From Bacilli bacterium (lineage in GTDB: Bacteria > Bacillota_I > Bacilli_A > RF39 > UBA660), in the NCBI GenBank assembly GCA_017525035.1, contig JAFXTH010000006.1, positions 7,714-71,713 of the forward strand: 64,000 nt of DNA. Reading direction: 5' to 3'. The notes below the pieces were generated by a model. The model did not search any database, was not told where the DNA came from, and saw only the letters and a program-made list of their open reading frames with translations. Of this stretch, positions 32,587 to 43,936 are shown in pieces (position 1 is the stretch's first letter; the number at the start of each line of letters is the position of its first letter). Made by a program: the position numbers and the translations under genes.

Positions 32587-34191
32587 CTATTTTTTAATAA
32601 TTAAATTTTTGTTGCGTAAACTTAATATAAAGTAGTTCTTAGTTAATTTAATACCATTATTATCTTTTCTTAAGAATGCTGCAACATCAATATTTTCTAA
32701 TGTACCAATTTGTTGTTCATCAAGTGTTACAACAGCATTAGCAGATTTATCAGTAATATTAACTGTAATCATATAACTTTGATAAGATCTTGTTAACGTA
32801 CTAACATTGTTTCTAAATTTACCAGTATTTAATTCAAATAATTGTCTTCCATTAATTATGAAATAGTTATTTAAATATATTGCAGCACTATCTAAATCAT
32901 TATCTTTTCTACCAGTGTTATAATCTGCAACCTTTTTCATATTAGAATCATACATTGTAACTACTGTACTATTATTTTTACTAGTTACTAAATAATTGTT
33001 ATATATTGAATAATTATTGAAAGGATATTCTGTTAATTTACCATTTTTATCAATAACACCATATTTTGTATCTACACCAAGACCATTATTTAATCTTATT
33101 ATTATATTGTTTTTAAATGATTTAACAGCGAATGGATTAACACTTCCACAACAAGGGTGATAAGTTAAATCATCGTATCCATCAATTTCTATTGGTTCAC
33201 CAATTTCTTCATATTTTGAATTGAATATATGAATCTTTTCTTGATATCCGACGAAGTATAAACCATTTGCATAAGTGATATAGTCATAATCAAAGTCTAA
33301 TAATACTTTATTATTTGAATTTATTAATCCGCTCTTGCCATTTTTTATTCCAACAAATACATCACTGTATAAATATTCAATTCCTTCATAACTTGGTTCA
33401 ATTAAAATCTTTTCATCTTTAACATCATATAAACCATATTTGTTATCTCCACCAAGAATTACTGCATATCTAGAATTATATATATATTTGTTTTCTCCTT
33501 CTGCAAGTGCAAAAGAATAAATCATATTACTTCCTAAATCAATTACTTTTGAAACGTTATTAGTAATAATATGTAGTCTAGAACCAGTCTTATCATATAC
33601 TCCAACTAAATTACCTTTGTTGTCATATAAATATCCACTGCTACCTTCAGGTTCAACTTTAATAACATCAATAACTCTATCTTCACTAACTTTTTTAATA
33701 ATAAATTTAGTGTTTTTGGCTTCGTTTGATTCTCTATATACTAAATAATTAGTACTTCCTTCGACTAGATTATGTTTTTTATCTAGCTTTAAAACAACAT
33801 TTCCTTCAAGACCAGTTATATAGCCATTATCACCATCTTCAACATATAAATAATTATCATCTAAGAAGTAAGATGTTTTTGTAGCTACTTCAATAGTTTC
33901 TTCTTTAGTTTCAGGATCTATTGGAGTTACATCTTCGCTATCTGGTTCTTTGTCTTCAGGTTCTGTTTTTGATCCTCCTATAACACCCGTTGCAAATAAA
34001 ATAATGATTAGTAAAAGTATTGCAATAACAATACCACATATAATGATAATTAACTTACTTTTATCATCCATCTTATTTCCATCTTTTTTAGGATGATTTT
34101 CTTCTTCAATTATCTCTTCATCTTCTTCGCTGTTATTGAATTCTACATTCTTAAGATTCATCTTTGCTTTTTCAATATCTTTCTCATTCAT
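32587..34191 (-). CDS. membrane-anchored WG/KWG-repeat protein
   Basis: N-terminal acidic tail, one TM helix, then repeated motifs ..YG(L/V)(Y/I)D..G..(L/V)..P.Y. (for example KYGLYDVKDEKILIEPSYEGIEY and KSGLINSNNKVLLDFDYDYITY). Confidence 0.55.
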   Translation of the reverse strand: MNEKDIEKAKMNLKNVEFNNSEEDEEIIEEENHPKKDGNKMDDKSKLIIIICGIVIAILLLIIILFATGVIGGSKTEPEDKEPDSEDVTPIDPETKEETIEVATKTSYFLDDNYLYVEDGDNGYITGLEGNVVLKLDKKHNLVEGSTNYLVYRESNEAKNTKFIIKKVSEDRVIDVIKVEPEGSSGYLYDNKGNLVGVYDKTGSRLHIITNNVSKVIDLGSNMIYSFALAEGENKYIYNSRYAVILGGDNKYGLYDVKDEKILIEPSYEGIEYLYSDVFVGIKNGKSGLINSNNKVLLDFDYDYITYANGLYFVGYQEKIHIFNSKYEEIGEPIEIDGYDDLTYHPCCGSVNPFAVKSFKNNIIIRLNNGLGVDTKYGVIDKNGKLTEYPFNNYSIYNNYLVTSKNNSTVVTMYDSNMKKVADYNTGRKDNDLDSAAIYLNNYFIINGRQLFELNTGKFRNNVSTLTRSYQSYMITVNITDKSANAVVTLDEQQIGTLENIDVAAFLRKDNNGIKLTKNYFILSLRNKNLIIKK

Positions 34192-34282
34192 AAGTACACT
34201 CCTATTTATATATTAATGATAACACAATATTTTGACTATTTAAAGTCACTATGTTATAATATGCCCCATTGAGGCGGGTTTT

Positions 34283-34966
34283 ATGAGTAGTGAAGTAGAA
34301 GACAAAATATTTAAATATTTTATGAAATACGGAAGTCATTATGATGAAAATTGTACTGATTTCATTGTTAGAAATATGGAAGAATATCTAAGAACAGGTA
34401 AACCGGTGGATGTTATATCTCAAGTTGCTTATGCGATTGGAGAAAGACCTGAAGTAGGGGAAACACGATATGATACCTTTTTTGAATATTTAAAACAAAA
34501 TGGTCATCTTGATAAAAATATTCTTGAAGTATCATGCGGAAGGTATCCTGCCTTAGCAGATATGATTGATAAATATCAAAGAAGAACTGGTGTAGGTACA
34601 ATAGCAGCATATGATCCATGTTTAGTAACAACTAGATTAGGTAATATAAAACTATATAGAGATTTTTTTAATCATGATACTGATATTTCAGCATATACAT
34701 TGTTAACTGGATTATATCCATGTCACACTACTTTAAATATCATAAGAAAAGCTAATGCAGAAGATAAAGACTTTGTAATAGGTTTATGTGGATGTATTCA
34801 TTCATTTAATGAACCTAAAGTAAGACCAGAGCCAACATATGAAGGGTGGTTAGGCCATTTACAAGAAGTAGCACAAAGAACAGTACACGATGATAGAGAA
34901 ATAGTTTTAGAAGATGTAAAAGGTCTTAAATATCCAGTTATATCTAGTAGAAGAAAAATGAAATAA
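34283..34966 (+). CDS. hypothetical protein (weak SAM-MTase-like LEVSCG motif)
   Basis: 227-aa ORF with GAGGCGG RBS. Only a short ILEVSCGRYPALA motif hints at a Rossmann fold. Confidence 0.45.
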   Translation: MSSEVEDKIFKYFMKYGSHYDENCTDFIVRNMEEYLRTGKPVDVISQVAYAIGERPEVGETRYDTFFEYLKQNGHLDKNILEVSCGRYPALADMIDKYQRRTGVGTIAAYDPCLVTTRLGNIKLYRDFFNHDTDISAYTLLTGLYPCHTTLNIIRKANAEDKDFVIGLCGCIHSFNEPKVRPEPTYEGWLGHLQEVAQRTVHDDREIVLEDVKGLKYPVISSRRKMK

Positions 34967-35021
34967 GTACTTCCAAAAATAATTCTAAATGATATAATAA
35001 TCTCATCGGTAGGAGGATTTT

Positions 35022-35573
35022 ATGGATTACGAAAAACTTAAAGGAACAAAGACAGAAGAAAATTTAAAAGCAGCTTTTGCAGGTGAAAGCCAAGCAAGAA
35101 ATAAATATACTTATTTTGCATCAAAAGCTAAGAAAGATGGTTATGAACAAATTGCAGCAATTTTTGAAGAAACTGCAAACAATGAAAAAGAACATGCTAA
35201 AATGTGGTTCAAATATTTAAATGGCGGAGAAGTACCAACAACAACTGAAAACTTAAAAGCAGCTGCAGATGGCGAAAACTATGAATGGACAGACATGTAT
35301 GAAGATTTTGCTAAAACAGCTGAAAAAGAAGGATTCAAGGAATTAGCTACAAAGTTCAGAATGGTTGGAGAAATAGAAAAGCATCATGAAGAAAGATATA
35401 GAAAACTTCTTCAAAATATTGAAGACGAAGTTGTGTTCTCTAAAGATGAAGAAAAGATTTGGATTTGTAGAAATTGTGGACATATAGTTATTGGTAAGAA
35501 AGCACCTGGAGTATGCCCAGTATGTGCTCATCCACAAAGCTATTTCGAAGTAAAAGCTGAAAATTATTTATAA
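35022..35573 (+). CDS. rbr: rubrerythrin
   Basis: Ferritin-like di-iron ExxH motifs ([19 protein letters not shown]) plus a C-terminal rubredoxin CRNCGH...CPVCAHP. Confidence 0.92.
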   Translation: MDYEKLKGTKTEENLKAAFAGESQARNKYTYFASKAKKDGYEQIAAIFEETANNEKEHAKMWFKYLNGGEVPTTTENLKAAADGENYEWTDMYEDFAKTAEKEGFKELATKFRMVGEIEKHHEERYRKLLQNIEDEVVFSKDEEKIWICRNCGHIVIGKKAPGVCPVCAHPQSYFEVKAENYL

Positions 35574-35663
35574 GAAAAAGAAAATAGTCAAACGACTATT
35601 TTTTTTTATTATATTTTTTTAGTTTCTCATGCTATAATTAAAAAGGAAAGATGGTGAGAGTTA

Positions 35664-36428
35664 ATGCAGAACTTTTTTTATTTAACTACTGAGCAAAGCG
35701 ATTGGGTATCTAATGAATTAGCACCATTATTATTAAACTTATTAATTGCTATAATTCCATCAATTATAATTTGTACTTATGTTTATAAAAAAGATGTAAT
35801 TGAAAAAGAACCAATGCCTATGTTAATAAAACTATTCTGCTTAGGTATTTTAATTACAATACCTGCATCATTTGTTGAAAAGTCATTAATGTCTGCCTTA
35901 GATTTGAATAAAAGTGGATTGGATGTAGTAGAATGTATTGTTATTGCATTTTTAGTAGTAGGACTTGTAGAAGAAGGATACAAATATATAATTACTTACT
36001 TTGGATGTTGGCATAATAGAAACTTTGATCATGTATATGATGGCATAGTATATGCAACATTTGTCTCACTTGGATTTGCAATGTTAGAAAACATTCTTTA
36101 CGTAGTTGAAAATGGAACACAAACAGCTTTATTAAGAGCATTTATATCAGTTCCTGCGCATGCATTCTATGCCATAGCGTGTGGGTATTACCTCGGAATA
36201 TCGAAACTTAATTATTCGATAGGTAATAAGAGAAAAGCAAGACTATATAAATTCTTTAGTTTTATAATTCCAATACTATTGCATGGTATATTTGACTTTT
36301 TACTATTAACTAATAACAATGACTTATTATGGATATTCTTTGCTTTCGTAGCAATTCTATATATAGTATCTTTCTTTAATATAAGAAAGTTATCAGCAGT
36401 AGAAATGACGTCAAGTATTCAGAATTAG
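35664..36428 (+). CDS. prsW: PrsW-family intramembrane metalloprotease
   Basis: EEGYKY, PAHAFY and HGIFDF motifs in a polytopic membrane protein. Confidence 0.8.
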   Translation: MQNFFYLTTEQSDWVSNELAPLLLNLLIAIIPSIIICTYVYKKDVIEKEPMPMLIKLFCLGILITIPASFVEKSLMSALDLNKSGLDVVECIVIAFLVVGLVEEGYKYIITYFGCWHNRNFDHVYDGIVYATFVSLGFAMLENILYVVENGTQTALLRAFISVPAHAFYAIACGYYLGISKLNYSIGNKRKARLYKFFSFIIPILLHGIFDFLLLTNNNDLLWIFFAFVAILYIVSFFNIRKLSAVEMTSSIQN

Positions 36429-36439
36429 AGGTGTGAAGT

Positions 36440-38608
36440 ATGAAAGAAGTATTTGAAAAAAATGATAAATTATATTTATTCTCTCTAGTATTATTTTTAA
36501 TAACTTCAATAATATTTAAGATAATACCTAGTGATGTAGTAAATGTATTAACATATATTATTTTCCCAATTTATTTTTTCGTATTAGTATTCTTTCATTC
36601 AAAGAATAATAAAATTAATTGGAATGTACCAATAATACTTACTATCATTTATACATTAGTAGGATACACTTGTATGGGTGGAAATATAAGTGCTAAGAAA
36701 ATAGTAGTTGCATATATCTTTGGACTAATTCCATTAATAATTAAATTATTTACTGATAAGAAAAAGAAAAATAAAAAAGAAAAAGTTGAAGAATTTTCGG
36801 AACATGAAAAAAGAATTATTTCGTATGCAATGCCTGCTATTACAATGATTGTTTTAGAGTGGTATTATACAGTATGTACTTTTAATACTTTAACTATTAA
36901 TATTGAACCTAAAGCTATGATAATAGGACTAATATTAACATATTCAATTTATTTAATATTGTTATCAATCTTTAGAAGAAGTAGTATAGCAAATAAAACA
37001 TATGCAATATTATTCTTTGTAATATTTATAATTAATGAATTAAGAATTTATTATACTAGTGATACAGTTCAAATAACGGATATCTTATTCTTACAAAATA
37101 CTGGTGAGATAGCTGGATTTGCAGATGTCACAATGATGAATGCAATTAACTTTATTCTATATCCAACTATACTTGCAACAATCATAATGGTATTACTATT
37201 TAATTTATATAAAAGAAGTAATATTAAATTAACAAGTAAAAAAGAAATAGCTATAAAGGGTCTTGTTTCACTAGCTGTTTTAATAATAATGTTTTTACCA
37301 ATAAAGTCATTTAATCTATTTATGACTAACCATGTGTTTAATATACATGATGGTAAAGATAATGCTATAACAGCAAGTAACATGAGATACTATAAACGCT
37401 TTGGAGTACTTCCAGGACTTTATGGTAAGTTTATTGAAACAAGAAGATATGAACCTGAAGATTATAATGAAGATGAATTAAAGAAGATGCTAAGTGAAGC
37501 AGAAGTTACAAACAATTCATGGAAGAAGCCTAATATAATTGTTATCTTCTCAGAATCATATTGGGATGTATCTAAACTTGATAAGATTAAGTTTGATAAA
37601 GATGTAACACCAAACTTTAATAGAATTAGACAAGAACAAAAAGCAATTGAAATGATTTCTCCAGCATATGGTGGAATAAGTTCAAATGTTGAATTTGAAA
37701 TATTAACTGGAGGAAGCTTAAATTATTTCAGTAAAGGATATACTCCTTATATGCAATTGTTTAAAAAAGGATTAAGTGAGAATAATCCTTCAATAATTCA
37801 AGAATTAAAGAAAAATGGTTATAAGACTAAGATATTAAATTCATCTGGAGCAGCAATGTTTAATTGTGATTATATTTACGATATCTACGGAGTAGATGAA
37901 AGAAATCATTTATTTGATGAAATAGATCTTGGTGGAGATTATGTTACTGATGAATATTTAACTGATAAAATTATTGAATATTTTGATAGTAAAGATAAAG
38001 ATGAAAAAACATTCTTCTTCACAATTACTATGGGTGGACATATGCCATATTATGAAGAAAGATATGATAAATATGATGTTAATATTGTAGAAAGCCCATA
38101 TACTAAAGATGTTAATGAAGTTATTCATTCATATGCTCAAGGTATATATTTAGCAGATCAACAATTAGGAAGACTATATGACTACATTCAAACACTTGAT
38201 GAAGATACTATAGTAGTGTTCTTTGGAGACCACTTACCACATCTTGCAACACCAGATGGTAATGATGCATTATTTAAAACAGGATTCTTAAGTGATGATT
38301 ATGACCTTGAAAGTGTTTATAAACAATTTAATACAACTGCACTTATAATGAGTAACTATGATATTGATTATGATGATACAAAATACTTAAGTCCAGATTT
38401 ATTAATGACTTATATTCTTGGTAATATGGATATTGAATTATCAGATTACTATCAATGGTTATATACAACAAAAGATGTTTTACCATCATCTAACTTTGTA
38501 GTAGCACAAGATAGTGATGGAAACAAATACTTTACTTTAGCACTTGATGGTAAGATGAAAGAGATGTATGAACTAAGAAAGAAAGTTCAATATATGTTAT
38601 TTAAATAG
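36440..38608 (+). CDS. LTA synthase (LtaS)/sulfatase-family membrane protein
   Basis: About 300 aa of TM helices, then a sulfatase-fold domain (IIVIFSESYWD, GGISSNVEFE, GGHMPY, FFGDHLP). Confidence 0.8.
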   Translation: MKEVFEKNDKLYLFSLVLFLITSIIFKIIPSDVVNVLTYIIFPIYFFVLVFFHSKNNKINWNVPIILTIIYTLVGYTCMGGNISAKKIVVAYIFGLIPLIIKLFTDKKKKNKKEKVEEFSEHEKRIISYAMPAITMIVLEWYYTVCTFNTLTINIEPKAMIIGLILTYSIYLILLSIFRRSSIANKTYAILFFVIFIINELRIYYTSDTVQITDILFLQNTGEIAGFADVTMMNAINFILYPTILATIIMVLLFNLYKRSNIKLTSKKEIAIKGLVSLAVLIIMFLPIKSFNLFMTNHVFNIHDGKDNAITASNMRYYKRFGVLPGLYGKFIETRRYEPEDYNEDELKKMLSEAEVTNNSWKKPNIIVIFSESYWDVSKLDKIKFDKDVTPNFNRIRQEQKAIEMISPAYGGISSNVEFEILTGGSLNYFSKGYTPYMQLFKKGLSENNPSIIQELKKNGYKTKILNSSGAAMFNCDYIYDIYGVDERNHLFDEIDLGGDYVTDEYLTDKIIEYFDSKDKDEKTFFFTITMGGHMPYYEERYDKYDVNIVESPYTKDVNEVIHSYAQGIYLADQQLGRLYDYIQTLDEDTIVVFFGDHLPHLATPDGNDALFKTGFLSDDYDLESVYKQFNTTALIMSNYDIDYDDTKYLSPDLLMTYILGNMDIELSDYYQWLYTTKDVLPSSNFVVAQDSDGNKYFTLALDGKMKEMYELRKKVQYMLFK

Positions 38609-38670
38609 GAGATTACATCTCCTTTTTTTTGTGCTATAATAAAATGCACGAATGAGTATTAGGTGATTTT

Positions 38671-40515
38671 ATGTATCTAGAAAAAATTGAAAAACCTAGT
38701 GATGTTCAAAAGTTAAAGTTAAAAGAAAAGAAAATTCTCGCAGATGAAATAAGAGAATTTTTGATAGATAAGGTATCAAAAACTGGAGGGCATCTTGCAT
38801 CAAACTTAGGAGTAGTAGAAATTACTATTGCTCTTTTATCGTGTCTTGACTTAGATAATGATAAAGTTATATTTGATGTAGGACATCAAAGTTATGTTTA
38901 TAAGATGTTAACAGGAAGAAAAGATGAGTTTGATAAGCTAAGAAAGTATAAAGGGCTAAGAGGATTTCCATATAGAAAAGAAAGTAAATATGATTTCTTT
39001 GATACAGGACATAGTAGCACTTCAATATCTGCAGCACTTGGAATGGCAAGAGCACGAGATATTAAGAAGGAAGATTATAACATTGTTTCAGTTATTGGTG
39101 ATGGATCAATAAGTAGCGGAGAAAGCTTAGAAGCAATAAATGATTTAGGTTTTAATAAAACTAAAATGATAATAATACTAAATGACAATGGAATGAGTAT
39201 ATCATCCAATGTTGGAGGTATCTCAAGTTATTTAAGTAGAATAAGTATTAATACAAGATATTTAAAAATAAAAAATAAAGTTAAGCATAGTTTAGATGGA
39301 ACTAAATTTGGAAGTGGACCAGCAAAATATTTATCAAGAATAAAAGATGGTCTAAGAACTTTTTTGGTACCATCAAAATATTTTGAAACAATGGGGCTTA
39401 CATATATTGGACCAGTTGATGGTCATGATATAAAGTTATTAACCAAAGTTATTAACCAAGCTAAGAAACTAGAAAAACCAATCATAATACATGCAGTTAC
39501 TAAAAAAGGTAATGGTTATGAACATGCAATGAAGAATCCTGACAAATATCATGGTGTTTCAGCGTTTGATAAAGAAAAAGGTGTTGTCAATACAGAAAAA
39601 GTAACATATTCGACTGTTTTCGGTAAAACAATGGTCGAAATAGCCGAAAAAAATGACAAGCTAGTAGCCATTACTGCTGCCATGAAAGATGGTGTACAAC
39701 TAAGTGAATTCTTTGAAAAATATCCTGAAAGAAGTTTTGATGTAGGAATATGTGAAGAGCATGCCACAACATTTTCTGCAGGTCTATCTAGCGAAGGCAT
39801 GATTCCAGTTTTTGCAGTATACTCAACATTCTTACAAAGAGGGTTTGATCAACTTCTTCATGATGTATGCATGCAAAATTTACCAACAGTCTTTGCACTT
39901 GATAGAGCAGGTCTTGTTGGAAGTGATGGGGAAACACATCAAGGTATTTTTGATTTATCATATTTATCGCTTATGCCAAATATGGTTATAACTTCTCCAA
40001 AGACAATGAAAGATTTACCAAAATTATTAAAGTGGGCAGTTAAATCAAAAATGGTTGTAGCAATAAGATATCCAAGAGGTGGAGATTATATTGATTTAAA
40101 AGAAATAAAAAAAGTTGAACTAGGCAAATGGGAAGAGATTAATGATGGAGAAAAGGTAGCAATTATTGCGACAGGTAAAATGGTTCAAAAAGCATATCTT
40201 GCTAACAAAGAATATAAGTTAAATGCCAAAATAATAAATGCAACTTTTATAAAGCCTTTGGATGAAGACATATTAAATGAATTGATTAAGAAAAAATATA
40301 ATATCTTAACTATTGAAGATAATGTTTTAAATGGAGGTCTAGGTTCACTTATATCTTTCTATCTATTACAACATGGATTTAAAGGAAGAATTAAATCAAT
40401 GGGATTTGATGATAAATTTATTGAACAAGGAACTATTGAAGAATTATATAATCAAGAAGGATTAACAATAGAGAAAATAAAAGATAACGTAGAAAGCTTA
40501 AAAAAAGAAGGTTAA
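38671..40515 (+). CDS. dxs: 1-deoxy-D-xylulose-5-phosphate synthase
   Basis: GGHLASNLGVVE, FDVGHQSYVYKMLTGR, GDGSISSGE and the transketolase-like C-terminal domains. Confidence 0.95.
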   Translation: MYLEKIEKPSDVQKLKLKEKKILADEIREFLIDKVSKTGGHLASNLGVVEITIALLSCLDLDNDKVIFDVGHQSYVYKMLTGRKDEFDKLRKYKGLRGFPYRKESKYDFFDTGHSSTSISAALGMARARDIKKEDYNIVSVIGDGSISSGESLEAINDLGFNKTKMIIILNDNGMSISSNVGGISSYLSRISINTRYLKIKNKVKHSLDGTKFGSGPAKYLSRIKDGLRTFLVPSKYFETMGLTYIGPVDGHDIKLLTKVINQAKKLEKPIIIHAVTKKGNGYEHAMKNPDKYHGVSAFDKEKGVVNTEKVTYSTVFGKTMVEIAEKNDKLVAITAAMKDGVQLSEFFEKYPERSFDVGICEEHATTFSAGLSSEGMIPVFAVYSTFLQRGFDQLLHDVCMQNLPTVFALDRAGLVGSDGETHQGIFDLSYLSLMPNMVITSPKTMKDLPKLLKWAVKSKMVVAIRYPRGGDYIDLKEIKKVELGKWEEINDGEKVAIIATGKMVQKAYLANKEYKLNAKIINATFIKPLDEDILNELIKKKYNILTIEDNVLNGGLGSLISFYLLQHGFKGRIKSMGFDDKFIEQGTIEELYNQEGLTIEKIKDNVESLKKEG

Positions 40516-40524
40516 ACCTTCTTT

Positions 40525-41418
40525 TTATATTTCATCAAATTTAGTGAAGTCTGGAATAAAGCTTTCTTTACAAGTTTCTCCTTCTTGAATAAAAGCATTA
40601 ACTATTCCTAGATCACAAGCATAATTAATTAAATCATCATATTCATTATCACTTACTGTTTCGTTTAATTCACTATATTCTTTTATATTCCTTAATGGAG
40701 TATATTGATTCATAATACTTATATAAATATTATCTTCATAAGTATTATATAAATACTCTAGAATCTTTTTTGAATCATCTATATGTTTTGGAAGAAGTAA
40801 ATGTCTTACAATAACACCTTTAGTCATAATGTCATTTTTAAATTCATTTTTTCCAACTTGTCTATACATTTCTTCTAATGCTTTTTTAGTTATTTCAAAA
40901 TAGTTAAAAATATTAGAAAAATTCTTTGCAAGATTATCATCATAATATTTAAAATCTGGTAAGTATATATCTATTAGACCATCTAACTCTTTTAAGGTTT
41001 CAACATTTTCCCATCCACTTGAGTTATATACAATAGGAATTTTAAGCCCTTCTTTTTTTGCAAGAATTAATCCTTCTTTTATTAATGGTATATACATTGT
41101 TGGAGTTACTAAGTTAATATTTAGTGCTCCTTTTTCTTGTAATTCTAAACATATATCTTTAAATCTTTCAATAGATATTTCTTTTCCTATGTTGTTTGTA
41201 GATATATCATAATTCTGGCAAAATATACATTTTAGATTGCAACATGAGAAGAATATTGTCCCTGATCCTTGAGTACCCGATATGCATGGTTCTTCCCACA
41301 TATGTAATGAATATCTAGCAATTTTTATTTTGTTAGTCGCCTTACAGAAACCGAGTTCACCTTTGTTTCTATTTACTCCACATTTTCTTGGACACAACAT
41401 ACAATTATTTAAATCCAT
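40525..41418 (-). CDS. radical SAM protein, PflX-like (PFL-activase homolog)
   Basis: CMLCPRKCGVNR...GFC N-terminal cluster and CNLKCIFCQN radical SAM CxxxCxxC motif. ATG 41418 behind GGTGA is preferred. Confidence 0.75.
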   Translation of the reverse strand: MDLNNCMLCPRKCGVNRNKGELGFCKATNKIKIARYSLHMWEEPCISGTQGSGTIFFSCCNLKCIFCQNYDISTNNIGKEISIERFKDICLELQEKGALNINLVTPTMYIPLIKEGLILAKKEGLKIPIVYNSSGWENVETLKELDGLIDIYLPDFKYYDDNLAKNFSNIFNYFEITKKALEEMYRQVGKNEFKNDIMTKGVIVRHLLLPKHIDDSKKILEYLYNTYEDNIYISIMNQYTPLRNIKEYSELNETVSDNEYDDLINYACDLGIVNAFIQEGETCKESFIPDFTKFDEI

Positions 41419-41492
41419 AAAAATCACCAAAGATATTATATCACATATACTAAAATGTAATAATTATGTTATAATGTCAATGGGTGATTCGA

Positions 41493-43139
41493 ATGAATGA
41501 TATAGAAATAGCAAAAACATGCGTAAAAAAAGATATTAGAGAGGTAGCACAACGTCTTGGACTTAGCGAAGATCAAATTGAAATTTATGGTAAATATAAA
41601 GCTAAAATTAAGTTTAATGACGTTATGAGTGGTAAACAAGGAAAACTTGTACTAGTCACTGCTATTAACCCAACTCCATATGGAGAAGGTAAGACAACTG
41701 TATCTATTGGACTTGTAGATGCTTTTAATCATAATGAATTAAATGCTATAGGTGTATTAAGAGAACCATCTTTAGGACCAGTATTTGGACTTAAAGGAGG
41801 AGCAACTGGTGGAGGTTATAGCCAAGTTGTACCAATGGAAGATATAAACTTACATTTCACTGGTGACTTACATGCTATAACAAGCTGCAATAACTTAATT
41901 TCTGCAGCAATTGATAATCACATTTATCAAGGAAATGAATTAAACATTAATCCAGATAAAATATGTTTTAAAAGATGTGTAGATGTTAATGATAGAGCAT
42001 TAAGAAGAATTAGTTATGATATTAAAGATGGAATTATAGAAAACAATGGTTTTAATATTACAGCAGCATCAGAAGTAATGAGTATTTTCTGTTTAGCAAA
42101 AGATTACACTGAATTAAGAGAAAAACTTGGAAACATTATGGTTGCAGAAGATGCTTTTGGTAAACCTATTTATGCAAGAGATTTAAAACTAGAAGGATCA
42201 CTTGTTACTTTATTAAAAGATGCATTTAATCCTAACTTAGTTCAAACACTTGAAAACAATCCAGTAATAATTCATGGTGGACCATTTGCAAATATAGCAC
42301 ATGGATGTAACTCAATCGTTGCAACTAATCTTGGATTAAAACTAGCTGACTACGTTATCACTGAAGCAGGATTTGGAGCAGATTTAGGTGCAGAGAAATT
42401 CATGGATGTTAAATGTCCAATTGCAGGAATTAAACCTGACTGTTTAGTTCTTGCAGTAACAACAAGAGCACTTAAACATAATGGAGGATGCCCTAAGGAA
42501 GAAATAAATGAGCCTAGTGTTGATTATTTAGTAGCAGGACTTCCAAACTTAGAAGTACATATTGAAAACTTAAGAAAATTTACTTCACATATCATTGTTG
42601 CACTTAATAAATTTGCAACTGATACACCAGAAGAAGTTGAAACAATAAAAAAATATTGTAGTGAAAAGCAAATTGAATTCTCAATTTGTGATACATATGA
42701 AGCAGGTGGAGTTGGAGCAATCGCACTTGCTGATAAAATTAAAACAATGTGTGAACTTGAAAACGACTTCAAACCACTATATGATAAAGATGAACCATTA
42801 ATTGCTAAGATAGAAAAAGTTATTAAAGAAATATATCATGCAGGAACAATTAATTATTCTAAAGAAGCAGTTGAAAAACTTGAAATGATTAATCGTCTTG
42901 AAGAAAATAATTTACCAATATGTATTGCAAAAACTCAATATTCAATAAGTGATGATCCAAAGAAACTTGGATATCCTAAGGGATTTGAAGTAATGGTAAG
43001 AGATGTTGAACTTCATACAGGAGCAGGATTTATTACTGTTCTACTAGGTCAAATAGTAACAATGCCAGGACTTCCAAAAAGACCTAACTATGAAATCATA
43101 GATATTGATGAAAATAACGAGATAACTGGTTTATTTTAA
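41493..43139 (+). CDS. fhs: formate--tetrahydrofolate ligase
   Basis: DIEIAK...VTAINPTPYGEGKTT...GLKGGATGGGY...GGPFANIAHGCNS, diagnostic of FTHFS. Confidence 0.95.
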   Translation: MNDIEIAKTCVKKDIREVAQRLGLSEDQIEIYGKYKAKIKFNDVMSGKQGKLVLVTAINPTPYGEGKTTVSIGLVDAFNHNELNAIGVLREPSLGPVFGLKGGATGGGYSQVVPMEDINLHFTGDLHAITSCNNLISAAIDNHIYQGNELNINPDKICFKRCVDVNDRALRRISYDIKDGIIENNGFNITAASEVMSIFCLAKDYTELREKLGNIMVAEDAFGKPIYARDLKLEGSLVTLLKDAFNPNLVQTLENNPVIIHGGPFANIAHGCNSIVATNLGLKLADYVITEAGFGADLGAEKFMDVKCPIAGIKPDCLVLAVTTRALKHNGGCPKEEINEPSVDYLVAGLPNLEVHIENLRKFTSHIIVALNKFATDTPEEVETIKKYCSEKQIEFSICDTYEAGGVGAIALADKIKTMCELENDFKPLYDKDEPLIAKIEKVIKEIYHAGTINYSKEAVEKLEMINRLEENNLPICIAKTQYSISDDPKKLGYPKGFEVMVRDVELHTGAGFITVLLGQIVTMPGLPKRPNYEIIDIDENNEITGLF

Positions 43140-43170
43140 ATAATATGTCCATAATATTAAAGGTGATATT

Positions 43171-43878
43171 ATGGACTTTTTTATTTTAATTATTAAATCA
43201 ATTTCTTCTTTATTAATTCTTTTTTTATTTACAAATATGTTAGGCAAAAAACAAATTAATCAGCTAAACATGTTTGATTATGTGATAGGAATATCAATAG
43301 GTAATGTTGTTGCAGAAATGACTGTTAATAAAGAAGTGGTATTTATGGATGGAGTAATTGTAATGGCAGTTTATGCCTTAACAGATGTTTTTATTTCCTT
43401 CGTTATGACTAAAAGCATTATTCTAAGGAGATTAATTAGTGGTACCCCAACAGTACTTATGGAAAATGGCAAGATAATAGAAAAAGGCTTAACAAAGTGT
43501 AAGTTAGATATAAATGAATTTTTAGAAGAAGCAAGATGCAATGGCTACTTTGATATATCAAAAATAGAATATGCAATCATGGAGGCAAATGGTAAAATTA
43601 GTTTTCTTTTGAAAAGTAAATATGAGCCTGTTACATTAAAAGATGTTAAACTTAAAGCAGACTATAATGGGTTATGTACCAATGTAATTATTGATGGAAA
43701 AATTATGAAAAACAATTTAAAAAATATTAACAAAGATGAGAAATGGTTAAGAACAAGACTAGATAATTTAAATTATAAAGAAATAAAAAAGTTACTTTTA
43801 GTAACTGTGGATACTGATGAAAAACTTTCAATATTTGAAAAAAATGTTAAGCAAAATAGTGAGTCAAACTTTGAATAG
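43171..43878 (+). CDS. DUF421/YetF-family membrane protein
   Basis: LGKKQINQLNMFDYVIGISIGNV plus a C-terminal YetF-like soluble domain. Confidence 0.7.
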   Translation: MDFFILIIKSISSLLILFLFTNMLGKKQINQLNMFDYVIGISIGNVVAEMTVNKEVVFMDGVIVMAVYALTDVFISFVMTKSIILRRLISGTPTVLMENGKIIEKGLTKCKLDINEFLEEARCNGYFDISKIEYAIMEANGKISFLLKSKYEPVTLKDVKLKADYNGLCTNVIIDGKIMKNNLKNINKDEKWLRTRLDNLNYKEIKKLLLVTVDTDEKLSIFEKNVKQNSESNFE

Positions 43879-43936
43879 TTTGATTTTTTAATGATTTTGT
43901 GGTATAATATAGCAACAAATGAGGGGGTATAGTAAT